Both the position numbers and the translations under genes were made by a program. Source: Eledone cirrhosa (lineage: Eukaryota). From it: a stretch of 64,000 bases of DNA. How positions within the stretch are numbered: the stretch's first letter is position 1; each line of letters begins with the position of its first letter. Positions 40,472 through 54,615 of the stretch are shown one piece after another. The DNA lies in assembly GCA_964016885.1 (NCBI GenBank), contig OZ024742.1:355384001-355448000 (forward strand), given 5' to 3'. The notes under the pieces are model-generated. The model was not told the DNA's origin. It was given only the letters and a program-made list of their open reading frames with translations, and made no database searches.

Positions 40472-41061
40472 TGATGAAGGTGAAATAGCGGTGACTTGGA
40501 AGACATGCTGTAATTAGCCTAATATTTAGCCACATAGCTCTCCAGATTTACATCATCAGGACTATTATGTCTTCAACACGTCTCCCTCCCCATCCTCCGA
40601 GGAAATGCCTTCTCCATTCTGTTCACCGTGGTGACGTGGCGGCCAGCGTGTGGGCCACAATTTACATATAATTGTGAGAGATGGGGATAGTGAGAGAAAC
40701 GGAGGCAATGGCTTTAACAGCATTTCTGAAGTATTTTGTAGAATTTAAAAGTTAAGTAATTTCATGAAATAAATTATCCTAGACTTACATAATTAGATGA
40801 CTCACAAGCATGATCACAATATTATATATTTCTTAAAAACTGTTATCGAGAACGTTAGAACGTATATTAATAAGATCACCAAATCAACATATATTGTCGT
40901 TTCCGAGGCTAAATTGCAGCTGTCATTGCAAATGAAGATAGTGGTATTGAACATTTCCAATGTTTATCTGGGTTTATCGGTACTAACTTCTAAAAATATA
41001 TGTTTAAATATATCATCGTTATCCCACAATCATGAAATTGTTCTGAAAATGCCGTCGCACC

Positions 41062-41098
<37 letters not shown>

Positions 41099-41409
41099 TA
41101 CACACACATACATATACATACACACACACATATATATGTAAACATATATATATATGTATACATATATATAGATATATATATATGTATATATATATATTAT
41201 TAGAAAGTGAGTTTTTTTTACAAAATGAAAAAAAAACGAGGTGTCCTACACGGGTGAAAGTAGAAGGAAAAAAGATGGAATCGAAAATGCAACTGGATTC
41301 TTCTTTTGTATATATATTTATTTATTTGGTTCCTTAACCAGTGTCGCAGTTCTTGTGCTTTTCCAAAGTAGAATTGAGATGGAGGGTCTGTGTTTTTTCT
41401 CAGTTCTGG

Positions 41410-41522
<113 letters not shown>

Positions 41523-41526
41523 TATA

Positions 41527-42033
41527 TTGGTAAACGGAATAGAAAATGCTGACAAATTGTTCACAGTGAAAAATAGTTTAATTAGGAATAAGTGAGAATT
41601 AGTAATAATATTGGTTAGTATTCAGTTTTGGTTTTAAGTTTTACCGGTTGCGCATTTCTAATGCTTTTCAAAAATAATTTTGAGATAGAGCGTCCGTGAT
41701 GTTGGCTCTGATCTGATAATTTTTGGGAATTCTACCTGTTTTTATGTTAAAAAAGTGGCTCCAGCGGTATTAAAATAAGTTTTGCACCAATTCGTGTTGC
41801 AAAAATTCTTGTGGTCAAAACAATTTTGATTGGTCGGTAGAGGTCACGTGAATGTAAAACATTGATTTTGCGCCAAATGTAGGTTTGTGTCGGCTGACTG
41901 AGAAATGACTCTTTCACAACAAATATGTGTGTGTGTGTGTGTAGTAGTAGTAAAGTGATCGTTGTTGTGATAATGGTCAGCAGGGATGGGTGTGCGAACC
42001 GCAGCCTGTTGACAGTTCAAATGCCTATTAGGA

Positions 42034-42074
<41 letters not shown>

Positions 42075-42183
42075 CAGAGTAATTCGTGGTAGAGGGATGG
42101 TCAGTAGGAACGTGTCTGTAAAGGAGTGGGGGATATTTTAACATGTTAAAAGATATTTTTCAGCTCTTGTCTTATACGGAGAA

Positions 42184-42218
<35 letters not shown>

Positions 42219-43022
42219 TCTCTTTGTATGTTTATGTACGCTTGTGTATCTGTGTGTGTATATATGTGTGTGTGTGTGTGAGAATGTGTGGGTGTGTGTG
42301 TGTGGGTGGACCAGTAATTTTTTCCTCGTAAAATGGTGTACATTATTCGATATTTTCAGTAAAATCGATTCTCTCAATAGAACATCAAAAACCTTAATAA
42401 GAAAAGTTGTGAAATGATATATAGTATTGGCATAATACCAAGGTGTGTGTGAGTGTGCGTGTGTGTCCAGATTGTACGTACTGAAACGGGGATCACTTAG
42501 GCCTTGCCGTATTGGAATACCTGTGCACAAATATGTATCTGGAGTGTGTCCAGAAATTGTATACCTGTGCACAAATATGTATCTGGAGTGTGTCCAGATT
42601 GTAAGGCCTTGCCGTATTGGAATACCTGGGCACAAATATGTATCTGGAGTGTGTCTAGAAATTGTATACCTGTGTACAAATATGTATCTGGAGTGTGTCC
42701 AGATTGCACGTACTGCAAGGGGAATTCATTAGTCTTTGCCGTATTGGAATACCTGTGCACAAAAATGTATGTGCCCATCAGTGTGAAATCCATGTGTGCG
42801 TTTATGTATGTGTGTGTGTCGGCATGTTTATATCTATAGACATCAAAAGGTATGCAAATTTGTGTATATTTGTGTTGCACCATAGAACATGTGTGTTTAC
42901 GTATGTCATTGTGTTTATATGTGGGTAGAGATGTGTGCTGATGTAGGTATGTATGTTGACGTGTGTATGTTGTGGGTTCGTCTTAGGGATATATATATAT
43001 ATCCCTAAGACGAACCCACAAC

Positions 43023-43025
<3 letters not shown>
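41527..43025 (-). mobile_element. Solo pseudo-LTR of a Penelope family related to 16299-23052, ending in a short fold-back
   Basis: Starts ttggtaaacggaatagaaaatgctgac after (TA)n and is colinear with 16299-17504. Extra tandem repeats at 42461-42770; terminal hairpin at 42966-43025. Confidence 0.88.
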
Positions 43026-43056
<31 letters not shown>

Positions 43057-43067
43057 GTGTATATAAA

Positions 43068-43146
<79 letters not shown>

Positions 43147-43203
43147 ATATATATATATAGATATATAGATATATATATATATATATATATATATACATTT
43201 ATA

Positions 43204-43939
43204 TACAATATGTTGAAAAGGTAACACACTAGAGAGAGATATTTCGCCATCAATAAAACAGGGAAAAATCACCAGTGTATGGAATCTATAAGCTATGAAA
43301 GGCAGGGAAGACACACAATAATTAAAAATATAAATTAAAATGTATATACACACCTCTATAACTATATAACACACGCGTACAAATCCAAAGAGATGTTTCG
43401 CCAGGAAGTTGTTGAATGAAATATGGTTCATCAGTGCGTCCAAGACTATACATTTCAGAAAACTCTAAGAGAATCTAAAGCGACCGTCCAGCCACACGCG
43501 GAAGAGAGTTCTCACAGCGTGTTTAGGGCAGCAAACCAGAGGTACCTGAGGGACGAGCTGCTAGAAAGGGCAGCCCCAAAACTACTCAGAGAAGTGTGCT
43601 CAACCAAACAGAGAGAGAAGGAAGACTGTTATAAGGAGCGAAATAGATTAGATTATATTAGAGTTGTCTGAAATGTATAGCCTTGCACGCGCTAATGAAC
43701 CATAGGCTATTCCATTTCAGTCAACAACTTTCTGGCGAAACAGATCTCTTTGGATTTGTAGGCGTGGGTTATATAGTTATAGAGGTGCGTATATACATTT
43801 TAATTTACATTTTTAATTATTGGGTGTCTACCCTGCCATTTATAGGTTATATATTCCATACACTGGTGGTGTTTCCCTGTTTTATTGATGGCACACTATC
43901 TCTCTCTAGTGTGTTACATTTTCAGCATAACGTATTGTA
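43204..43939. mobile_element. Fold-back element (arms 43204-43468 / 43658-43939) with type I hammerhead motif in each arm
   Basis: Imperfect ~270-bp inverted repeat around a ~190-bp purine-rich spacer, next to (TA)n. Confidence 0.8.
43372..43440 (-). ncRNA. Type I hammerhead ribozyme motif; mirror copy on + at 43686-43766 with mutated core CUAAUGA
   Basis: ACGCA-CUGAUGA-A(CCA...UGG)C-GAAACA..UG-UA-CGCGU. The + copy has an 8-bp stem III (ACAGAUCU/GGAUUUGU), a GUA triplet and stem I CACGC/GCGUG. Confidence 0.7.
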
Positions 43940-44028
43940 AAGAGCTCAGGATCCCTTTTCCTTTGAGCACATTATTGACAGGGAATAACGAGAGTATATA
44001 TACATTTATATATATATATATATATATA

Positions 44029-44085
<57 letters not shown>

Positions 44086-44569
44086 GTGTGTGTATGTGTC
44101 TGTATGTGTCTGTATGTGTCTGTGTGTGAGAGCGTGTGTGTGTGTGTGTGAATGTAACTAGTAAATATAAAACACTTAAAATCTGTAATTCTTTAAAGAT
44201 TCAATATATCGTATAATGTACTATCCACAATGGAATTCACCTTCAAATCGTATCTATTATAATTGTTCATCTTATCTGGGATGTTTCCACCTTCTGCTTC
44301 TGTTCACATTACATCTTTATGACACTATACTATTTACCACTTTAGCTCATTCACAGATAATTGAATCGCAGATTTTTCATTTCATATTTTTATCTCTATC
44401 GATGAATCTAGACACTATCCATTCCCGCTTTTTTTGATAATATCACCCTGGCTTAAATATGATCATTCATCATTCTATTTGTTTTTCTTCAATGTTGTCC
44501 TTTTTTTCCGGTCTCACATCAAATTTCCATTCACCTTCCTTTTCTCCTTTGAGTACTGATGTCCTTTCA

Positions 44570-45020
44570 CCAGTAACGCACTGGGTAATTACTGACCTTG
44601 TACCAAAAGTAGAAACAATTATATTTCTTTGGCAGTATCGGTAAAGGGTCGGACGCCATGCTTTCCAGCATAGTTACGGACGCCATGCTTTCCAGCATAG
44701 TTACGTCCCTGAGTTCAAATCCCGCCGATGTTCACTTTGCCTTTCATCCTTACGGGGTCGATAAAATAAAGTACCAGTAATACACTGGTTATTTGCTGGC
44801 CTTGTGCGAAAAGTAGAAACAATTATATTTCTATTTGGCAGTATCGGTAGAGGGTCGGACGCCATGCTTTCCAGCATACTTATGTCCCTTTATGTTCTGA
44901 GTTCAAATCCACCCGAGGTTAACTTTGCATTTCATCCTTACGGGTCGATAAAATAAAGTACCAATAATGCACTGGGTAATTGCTGGCCTTGTGCCAAACT
45001 AGAAACAATTATATTTCTAT
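44570..45020 (+). mobile_element. Tandem tRNA-derived SINE copies (units ~44630-44833 and ~44836-45020, preceded by a tail fragment)
   Basis: A-box-like tggcagtatcgg, B-box gagttcaaatcc, shared core ctttgcctttcatccttacggggtcgataaaataaagtacc and tail ctggccttgtgcc..agtagaaacaattat. Related pieces at 16060-16112, 24590-24640, 50270-50530(-), 54412-54615 and 54845-54975(-). Confidence 0.8.
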
Positions 45021-45455
45021 TTAAATGTCTATCTATTACCCTCTCTCTATTTCTCTCTATCTATCTCTATTTCTCTATTTATCTATCTTTCACACTTTCT
45101 CCCTTAGTTTATCTTTATTTCTCTCTCTATCCCCATATATATCTCTCTCTCTCTCTTTATATCTCTATTCCTCAATCTCCCACTATCTCTCTCTATCTCT
45201 AGCTCCCTCTCCATCTCTCTAGCCAGACTTCCTAGTTTCGCTCCACCGTATCACCCTCTACCGTCCCTACCTCCACCTCGTAATTCTTCATTTTAACATC
45301 TATTCCACATCTATTTCTAATATAGTTGTTTCCTTTCTTCTCATGTTTTTTCCCGTCTTTTCGTTCTCTTTTTATTACATTCCCTAAATAACTTGTCTTA
45401 GTAAATGTCCTCTTTTCTGTTTTTTGGATAGTTTTTTCCTGTCGTTTTCGTCTCC

Positions 45456-45495
<40 letters not shown>

Positions 45496-45643
45496 CTAAA
45501 ATGCACATGTTCACGTCGATATGCACACGTAGTTTCTCTTTTTCATATCGGTATTTTAATCAGACACACATTAGGTTTAATTGTATATCTTTTCGTTCAT
45601 CTTCATTGCTTCTTTATCAACATAACTGTGTTTTTTCTCACCC

Positions 45644-46140
<497 letters not shown>

Positions 46141-46436
46141 GATAAATCTTCCAAAATATAAGGTAGTGTCAAATCTGTATGAAGAACTCAATGTAATCCA
46201 AATATCATGAAAAGAAAAGATGTATTCAAAAATAAACTTATATAGACTACAAGGAATTTAGATTCATAACAGGAAATTAAAATAGCTTATATGTATACTT
46301 ATAGGTATTAATTTTAGGAAAAGATAGCTGTAAAAGGGAAATAGAATTATGAAGTTCTCAGGAGTAAAATACTAATTATAACTTAATTAAATTTAAAAAA
46401 AAACAATTATAATAATTTGTAAAATAAAAGTGTATA

Positions 46437-48322
46437 TTAATTAGGTTTGAAATATTTGAAAGTTTTTCTAATTCTATGATTGCACGATACAATTAATTCT
46501 TGTTGCTTATTTAATAGAATATCCTTAGATTTCATTATTTCAAAAAGTTCCTGGGAACATAATCTACACTCATATCTGTTATTTTGATAGGGGGTGGCCC
46601 TTTTGAGCACACTCCAGGTCATGTTATAATCGATATTCTTCTTTCTATAATTATTAATTATTTCAGCCAAGAATGTTCTAGTAGCTAACGCGGCATTTTT
46701 AAAACTGTGTTTGTGGGTATTAAATCTTACTTTAAATTGGTTAGAAGTAGCTCCTACATATGAATAAGTTGAGTCCTTAGTGCTAATTTTACATTTATAT
46801 ACTATGTTATTAATAAGCCAATTTCCTTTTAATGGGTAATTTGCTTTGTTTCTACAGTTACAACCATTCGTGAATATTATATCAGATTAGTTAGTCAATT
46901 AGGTGTGGAATTTACTCGACTTGTTGTATGTGAAGGAGATGGTGGTTTGCTGCGGTTTATTTTAGTATTATGGTTAGTTTGATGTGTTGGTGGTATATTC
47001 ATGTTTCTTTTTACATTTATATGCATTGTAGGCACTTATATTTGGTTGTATATTTTTGGTAGTGGAATAGGAAAATTTGACCGTTGATCTATTTAAAATT
47101 TGATGGTATTTATGTTTTGGCGGGATGTTTTTCTCTAGGATAGTAGAAACATTTTTAGGGATATTATCTTTAATTTGTAGATTAAATGGAACATAATACC
47201 AAGTAACTCGTCTATTACGGTTTCGGTGCTGATTTTGATTTTTATACGGTGTATCCTGATGTTTAGTAAGAGTTAGTATTAGTGAATTTATTATACATAT
47301 ATTTAGTTAGATTCACTTATTTAGGTGTTTTAGTCTGATTATTAGGATGTTGTTAGTAATGTTATTAACATATATTGGATTATTAGGATGAATGATTTTT
47401 TGAAAGTTATTATAATGTATGTGAGAAGAGGTAGAGAAATTTAGTTTAAGTTGGTATTTTGGGGATAGTGTGAGTGGCATTTAGGTGTGTGTTTTGCATA
47501 TTGTGTTTGTTGGTAATATTGGGTTGTATGTTTGTAGTACTATTGGTACAAGGTATATAGACTAATTTGTGTTTGTGGCCGCTTCTAGTTAAAGCTTCGT
47601 TATAAAAGGTCGCATTTTTATCGAATATATCCTGGTTAGATGAAAGGTTAGAAATTCTGAGTGAGATATTATATGCCAGGATTTAAGGATAGATCTAGGG
47701 TGATTGGATTGTGAGTGTATGTAATGTAAGTTTTGGTTAGGTTTATGGTAAGGTTGGTAGATACCCGTAGATAAGTGAAGGAAATTAACTACTTTACTTG
47801 TTTTTTCAAATCTAATAGTGATACTATAATAGCCTTTGAGGAAAGTTCTAATAGTTTTTTGGTTTTTTTTCAATTTCTGATAGGCTAAGGTTAGTGGAAA
47901 GAAGAAGACAGTCATCACGATATAAACCACCTTTAAGGTGGGGAAAAGAAGCATTTATGTTAAATAGAAGAAAGATGCCCACAAGATCGGTAATTTGGGC
48001 AGAATCACTAGAGCCCATAGTAATGTCGAATAGATTACTATATGTATTTCTGGTCCAGTATTCCTTCTGAAATTCCAGTAGTGTTTGTCTAGCGTGCGTG
48101 ATAATATTAATATCATCCATAGTTAAGTTTGATCTATTTTTGGCAAGTATCAAGGCTTTATTCAGGAGTATGGATGATATAGATGGATAATAAGCATCTA
48201 TATCGGATTGAAGAAATGAAGCAGATGATCTATTTCTAATATTAGTAAACCAGTTAATTACCTGGGATGTGTTTTGCCAGAGTGGTAAATTAACATGTTT
48301 TCTTAATTGTGGGATGACTCTA
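46437..48322 (-). mobile_element. Decayed Penelope-like element (RT + GIY-YIG), 5'-truncated, between (TA)n tracts
   Basis: FDITMGSSDSAQITDLVG, GGLYRDDCL, YQPYHKPN..YIHSQSNHP and WSVLKRATPY..ECRLCSQE..LLNKQQELIVSCNH. Same lineage as the 14887-15360 fragment; distinct from the 17499-21090 type. Confidence 0.87.
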
Positions 48323-48328
48323 TCTAAA

Positions 48329-48406
<78 letters not shown>

Positions 48407-48426
48407 TGAGAGAGAGAGATAGATAG

Positions 48427-48490
<64 letters not shown>

Positions 48491-48737
48491 GTGGATGTCT
48501 ATACTGTTCTAATATTATGTGTCTCCCACAAGTGGGGAGACTACGTACAAGGTGATAATGTGTGTTTGCAGAGGCACGCAATAACCTTGTGGTGCAATTA
48601 AAGCTCCACTTATTCTTTGACGCCCGTATCTCGTCACTTGCAACTGATTTCATTATACTAAAGCTACGATAAATACACTCTTCCTAACATCTCGGACCTG
48701 TGGAAATATTCTCAAGAGATCTTGAAGATTATAAACA

Positions 48738-49224
48738 CTAGCAGAAAAACCACGACGGATTGTTTTCTGCTAGCATGTGTAATGTGTATATTGATATTAT
48801 ACTTAAATATATATGCATGTAAATATGATGCATCAGATAAAATCATAATTGACAATATACACAGAAATTGAACAATGCTTATGTTACACTGTCTTCTGTA
48901 ATCAGTAATCCATGATATATAAAAAAAAGACGACATTATATATAAACTGATTTAGGAGAAAATTAGCGACGGAAATATATGCGATTATAAGTGTTATAAT
49001 ATAACGGCCACTAACCGGAAGTGTTGACATTTGATAATTTTAAAGAAGTGAATTTTAAAGATTAAGCTATAAAAGATATTTAATCAACAGCCACGAAATT
49101 TAGCACATACATTATGTAATATTCATTCATTATTTATTCAAATTAATCCAACTTATTTTACAAACGGGATAAAAAAATATATTCTGGACGCAATCCCGCA
49201 GACCTTCCTTTATTATAGTTAAGA
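48738..49224 (-). mobile_element. Non-autonomous Helitron, second copy
   Basis: Minus strand A|TCTTAACTATAATAAAG...CTAGCAGAAAA-loop-TTTTCTGCTAG|T. Shares internal taaccggaagtgttgacatttg with 40019-40471. Confidence 0.75.
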
Positions 49225-50556
49225 TGCCAATTTGTGTGCCATTAAATTAAGAAAAATAAATATTATGGTCCGGTATATCTATCTCATTCATATATAACTT
49301 CAATTTGTGCCATGCATGTTTTAAAGGCAATTTAACGAATCTGTTAGATATTCAAGATAATATATCGATAACGGAGACACATTCCCTGTTCATTATATTA
49401 ATACATTTTATCTGTGAGCACATTTCATAAATACTACCATCTCTTTTACTTTAATAACGACCTTGTGTTAAGGAATAACAACATATTTATTTAACCGTAA
49501 CATTACTCTGGTTAAAGTAATATTATTCCATTGCAAAACATGGTGGAAATGCAAGCTGGAATATCGTTTAATATAATTGCTTGTAAATAAATAGAAGGAA
49601 TTCCAGAATGGAAATGATCAAGTCGATAGGTTACCTACTAATAGATATACATTCCTATTTCGTCGGCTGTTAATGGGCACCATCTTCCGCTAGGATATTT
49701 AACCCCCACTCAATGATCACTTGATTGTAAAGAACTATACTGATTGCTTCGTCTATTGCATTAAACACCCCACACAATTTATCTCATAGGTTTAGATAAG
49801 TCAATTAGAATTTATTCCTGTATACCTAGCCTTGTCTGCTGATATGACAATGAATATTTACTGAGGAAATAATCACACAATGAGTTACGTAATTTAAAAA
49901 TTTATATTCAAAATACTATATTTTAGAGTAATAAATGAGATATTCTATGGATATATGAAAAATATTGATTTACTCGATTCATATACACTGAATTTAATTT
50001 CTCACCCTCTCGAATCAATATTATTGTGGTGATATTTCCTACTGCCTAGACATAGATATTGTACATTCGAGTAAATATTCAGAAAAACAATTTTTATCTA
50101 TTATAGATATTTAAAAGTGATTTTCATTTCAATATATGAAATGTTTTCTCAAATATCCACAAGTTACACATCAAATATTATATAAATTTGTATTATATAT
50201 ATATTTGTATTATATAAATATGTATTATATAAATGTAAAATCAGTAAAAACTAAATAGTGTTTTCTTGCATTGGCACAAGGCCAGCAATTTTAGGAGAGA
50301 AAAGGGTTGATAATATCGGTCCAGTATATAACTCAAATCATTTTATAGACCCTGGAAGGAAGAAAGGGAAAGTTGACACCAGCGTGATTTGCAAAAATAA
50401 ATACTACATTTGATAAGCGAATATTGGATAATTACAAAGGTGATTAATTAACCCCAGTACTTATCTGGTACTTACTTTATAGAGCGCGAAATGAGAAAAG
50501 GAAAAATTGACTTCATTGGAATGTGAACAACTAAATAATAACTAATACTGTCGGAA

Positions 50557-50604
<48 letters not shown>

Positions 50605-50613
50605 ATGTGTGTA

Positions 50614-50644
<31 letters not shown>

Positions 50645-50785
50645 CTGTGTATACATATATATATATATCGGCGTGCCTGCCCAGCCAGTGGGATGGCGTT
50701 ATCTTATGGCTAAAACAGCAGGACGTGCTGTGACCAGCGGCGCCGAATGGACGCCCGACAGACTGGTCGGTCAAGGTGATCAAGG

Positions 50786-50821
<36 letters not shown>

Positions 50822-51739
50822 GTAATAGGTAGGTACCAAATCCAAGGTATCGAGCAATTCGAGTCCGTAGGGTGAGATTCAATATAAATATTAAGGCCTG
50901 TTACTACAATGGTACCATTCCAGGTTCATTTTCATCGCTAACAAAACGCACGTACTTGGTATGGTGCCGTTGCAGTAACTGGCCCTAATGCTTATACATA
51001 TATATATGAATGTTGTAGTTTGCTTCAAGCATTGTTGAATAGGAAATATGAATTTAAATATGTTTAAAAGCCATACAATGCAATAAAAATTAAAGCTGAC
51101 AAGATAGCGATGGAATTTTCCCTTAGCAAATCTAATTATCCTAAATATGTTCGGTCTTAAAAACCCATTATCAAGAGAGGATCCGTGTGAAGGTCTTTAA
51201 GAGTCAATCGGCGGTGAGTTGTTTTGCTGGCAGATTTAATTTAACTGTAAGGAAAATACATTAAACTTTCGAGAGTGCACGTTGTGAAATATGTGTGAGA
51301 ATAAGTGTTTGATATATGCAGGTGTGTGGGTGAATGTACTTGTGCCGAGTGGTAGACGTATGAAAGTATGTGTATGATGTATGTATGTGTGCATGCTGTG
51401 TATTATATAGTATGTGCGTGCGTGAGTATACGTTTACGTAGCGAAAGAGGCGTGTGTGAATATGTATATAAGATAAGGGGAAAAGTATCTGTGCGATATG
51501 TGTGTGTGTATGAGTGTAGTTTACATAATGAAAGGCGTGTGCGAATATGTATATGATAAAAAGAGAAAATATGTGTGTGATATATGTATGTGTGTGAGTG
51601 ATTCTAAGTCTTTATGATTAGTGACGACGTAGATTAAATTTGTAAGAATGAATAAAACATTCCTGAGAATGGGCAACTGGGATGTTGGGACGATGACATA
51701 GTTGTGTTGGATAAGTTAAATTAGTCATTTAGGTGCACT

Positions 51740-51830
51740 ACGTTCCATTCAGTTATTGATGCCAGGTTTTAGTTGCTTGATCAAGAGGGCATCCTTAATT
51801 CTCAGCGTGCTTATCTCTTTGGATTTCTAT
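51740..51830 (-). mobile_element. Possible Penelope GIY-YIG C-terminal remnant
   Basis: Minus translation RIKDALLIKQLKPGINN*ME resembles the R.IKEAL.I...KP..N end of PLE endonucleases. Very short. Confidence 0.35.
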
Positions 51831-54411
51831 TTAGCTGATTAAAATGTCTCCCATACTGAACTGTTACTACCTTCAATAGTTGCGAGAGTACGTTACACTC
51901 AAAATCAATGGAATAGAAAATAATGCCACACATTGATGAGAAACTTTCAGGGTAGCTGAACAGCAGGTCTTCAAAGAAAAAAACATTTAACATGCAAGTG
52001 TTTCGGTTCTTAATATCTCATACACTAAGGGTCTCGGGCTGATTCCATGCTCGGGTGCTCTTCTGCTGATATTTATAGCCACTGCATTTAGTAGAAATGT
52101 TTCGCGTTTCAACCATATACAGATTTGTTGACAATATCTAGATGGAATTACTCTCAGTTGTTCATGCTATCAAATTTATATTTCAACGCTTTCTTGAGTT
52201 GGAAAAGTAAGGTTGGTAGATATGGTAGCATCTGAAACGTCAGCAGTGTCACCGTCGCTGCCAACAATAAAACAAAAGGATAGCCAGAGTTACTTGTCTT
52301 AACGCATGTTAAACTACAAACATAATGCCCTCTGACGATATGGAGTTTGTTTTTGTTCCTCAGCTAAATACCACCATGTAGAATATCACTTCTGTGCTCT
52401 ACTGATTCTGAAAATTCATTGTCGTTAACAATTCTTCTTTCCGCCTCTAAGGTCCTTTGCTCTATTGTTATAAAGTAATATATAGCAACTGACTACACTT
52501 GCAGTTTTTACTACGCTTGAGCTTCATACATCGTGTTTCAATCTGATATAAAGGAAAGTAGTATTAACATATATGTTGAAAGTTGAATTTATAGATAGAC
52601 ATATTCGTACATAGCGTATCTGATTCAAGAAATTACTACAAATATAAGATTTCATTTTATATTTCCTTCTATAATAATCAAAATCTCCTTTGGAATTTTT
52701 GGGGAGTTTCGAGATACGCAATCTCTGTGCGTCCATTCTACGCCTCCCAGGACAGATCGCAGGCCTACAAACTCTGAAAGTATTAATTAAAATAACATAA
52801 AGTTAATTTAATTGGATGATCCATTGCAGGTTACATTGTAGTCACCTTCACATTTTGTCCCACATATTAGAAACAGGTACAGGTTCATTTGCAGATGTTT
52901 CTGTTGTAAGTATATTGATAGAACACAGTTGCAACTATCACTAGGGAGATATTTTCCCTATTATAACCTCTGTCAACGCAATTTTACCAAACTAAAAATA
53001 CCGTTTCTTCAGAGATTTTGTCTTCTCAGAAAAGCCCAGTAAGGTTTATGTGCTGTAGTGTCTAACACGAAGCAGCCTCTCTTTTCCATACTCTTTCGTT
53101 TCTTCTTTTTCCCAATTGCATCTGTATTCGCTACTGTTTCGTAATCACAGATCTTTCCCTATACCCTCTTACCGATCATTTCACATCAGAACTGCCATAC
53201 TTTGTTTTAGGAGGTCATCTAAATTTTTTTCCGGCAGACTTCAGAGTAGAGTCGTTCAAGTTGAGAAAGACGCACATCGATCTTACCAGTCTAGTAGGTA
53301 CTAAAAAGTTCATGGTCTTTGCCCCCAATTCCCCTGACTAATGATTAATAACAAAACCGTATTTGAATATTTACTTACATTTCATTTCAAAGATGAAACG
53401 TTAACTGATAGACAGTCGTGGCGCCAATCTCTCCTAAACTTTTAAAAATAAGATAATCAAATAAACGTGAATATTTACGAATTATATCTAATGTTTGAAT
53501 CATGAAGAGATATAAAAATGAAGTGATAAACGTATAGATTTCCCATTAGATATAAAGTGGAAAGAGCCAAGTGAATACAGACTACTGACTCATGGGTGAT
53601 AATTCTAAACATATAATAGGTGTTTTAGCTGTATTTTCAGAAAGGACAATTCATTTTACAAACCGCTGAAGGATTAGCATCTTAATAAACAGCAATTCTT
53701 ATAGTAATTTTGTGAAATTCTCATTAAACTATAAGCTATGTCTTGAGGGAATGTCATAGGAATAAGTTATTTCTGAACCATATATACATTTGATTATACA
53801 TATATGATTATCTTAATGTTATCCTTTTCTAAATTTCAGATACAACTCTGTCGCTTATCTCCTTAGCAAAATGAGAGAAACAGCAGTAAATTGGGCCTCA
53901 AGGGTTCAGTTGATGCTGAACTATATTTCTCAAATAATAACGTACAGAGAAATAAAAAGACTCTTGTACAAATGTTTCTAAGATTAGAAGGTTATCAATA
54001 ACTAGTTGAACAAATTACCCTGATAAATTAGTAAGGGTATATTATTATTATATTAATGCACATACAATGCTTGAGGTTGGCAAATATCATCACATTTGAT
54101 AACTGTTTCTGAGAGAGTGTACAAAAATTGAATTTGTCATGTAAGCATCAAAATACGAATAAAGCTAATTTGTTTTATACAGGATGCAAAACCGAATGCA
54201 ACATGAGCATCTCAAAACATATGCCACCATAGTATCAACTTCTGCAAGAACAAGAATGTTAATGGGAGTGAATTTTGGCAAAAGGCCAGAAATTTACTTT
54301 TGTGGTAGAAGTATGGAGGTTAGTCGATGAACTCAAAATTTGTACTGGAGAGGAACTTTATATAGAACTAAAAATAATAATTGTAAAACATAAGAAATAG
54401 CTCACATTACA

Positions 54412-54615
54412 GGGCGGTGGATTGGCAATATTGGTAGAGGGTCGGACGCCATGTTTTGCAGCATAGAGTTACGCCCCTTTATGATCTGAGTTCAAAGCCC
54501 GCCGAGAGTGACTTTGCCCTACGGGGTCGATAAAAGAAAGCACCTGTCACGATTTACTCGACTTTCCCCTCCCCCAAATGTGCTGGCCTTGTGCATATGT
54601 AAGAAACCCTTATTA
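54412..54615 (+). mobile_element. tRNA-derived SINE (same family as 44630-45020)
   Basis: ggtagagggtcggacgccatg, ctgagttcaaagcccgccgag, cggggtcgataaaa, gctggccttgtgc..agaaac. Confidence 0.78.

Noticed and set aside
42461-42770. CRISPR-like appearance of ~37-bp repeats
   Set aside because: No unique spacers, no cas genes, eukaryotic context; it is a minisatellite in a pLTR.
44705-44730. tRNA gene (B-box gagttcaaatcc)
   Set aside because: No cloverleaf; it is a SINE head.
50669-50790. GC-rich insert in (TA)n sharing agtgggatggcg with the Dong 5' UTR
   Set aside because: The match is only ~12 bp; it looks like a short retroposon tail with a terminal tandem repeat (tcaaggtga x2), so the link is unsupported.
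52740-53300. Possible RTE remnant (minus, HKPYWAFLRR)
   Set aside because: Too degenerate to support as a feature.
53825-53980. Good splice acceptor (tttctaaatttcag) followed by a ~46-codon open frame
   Set aside because: No recognisable protein similarity or partner exons.
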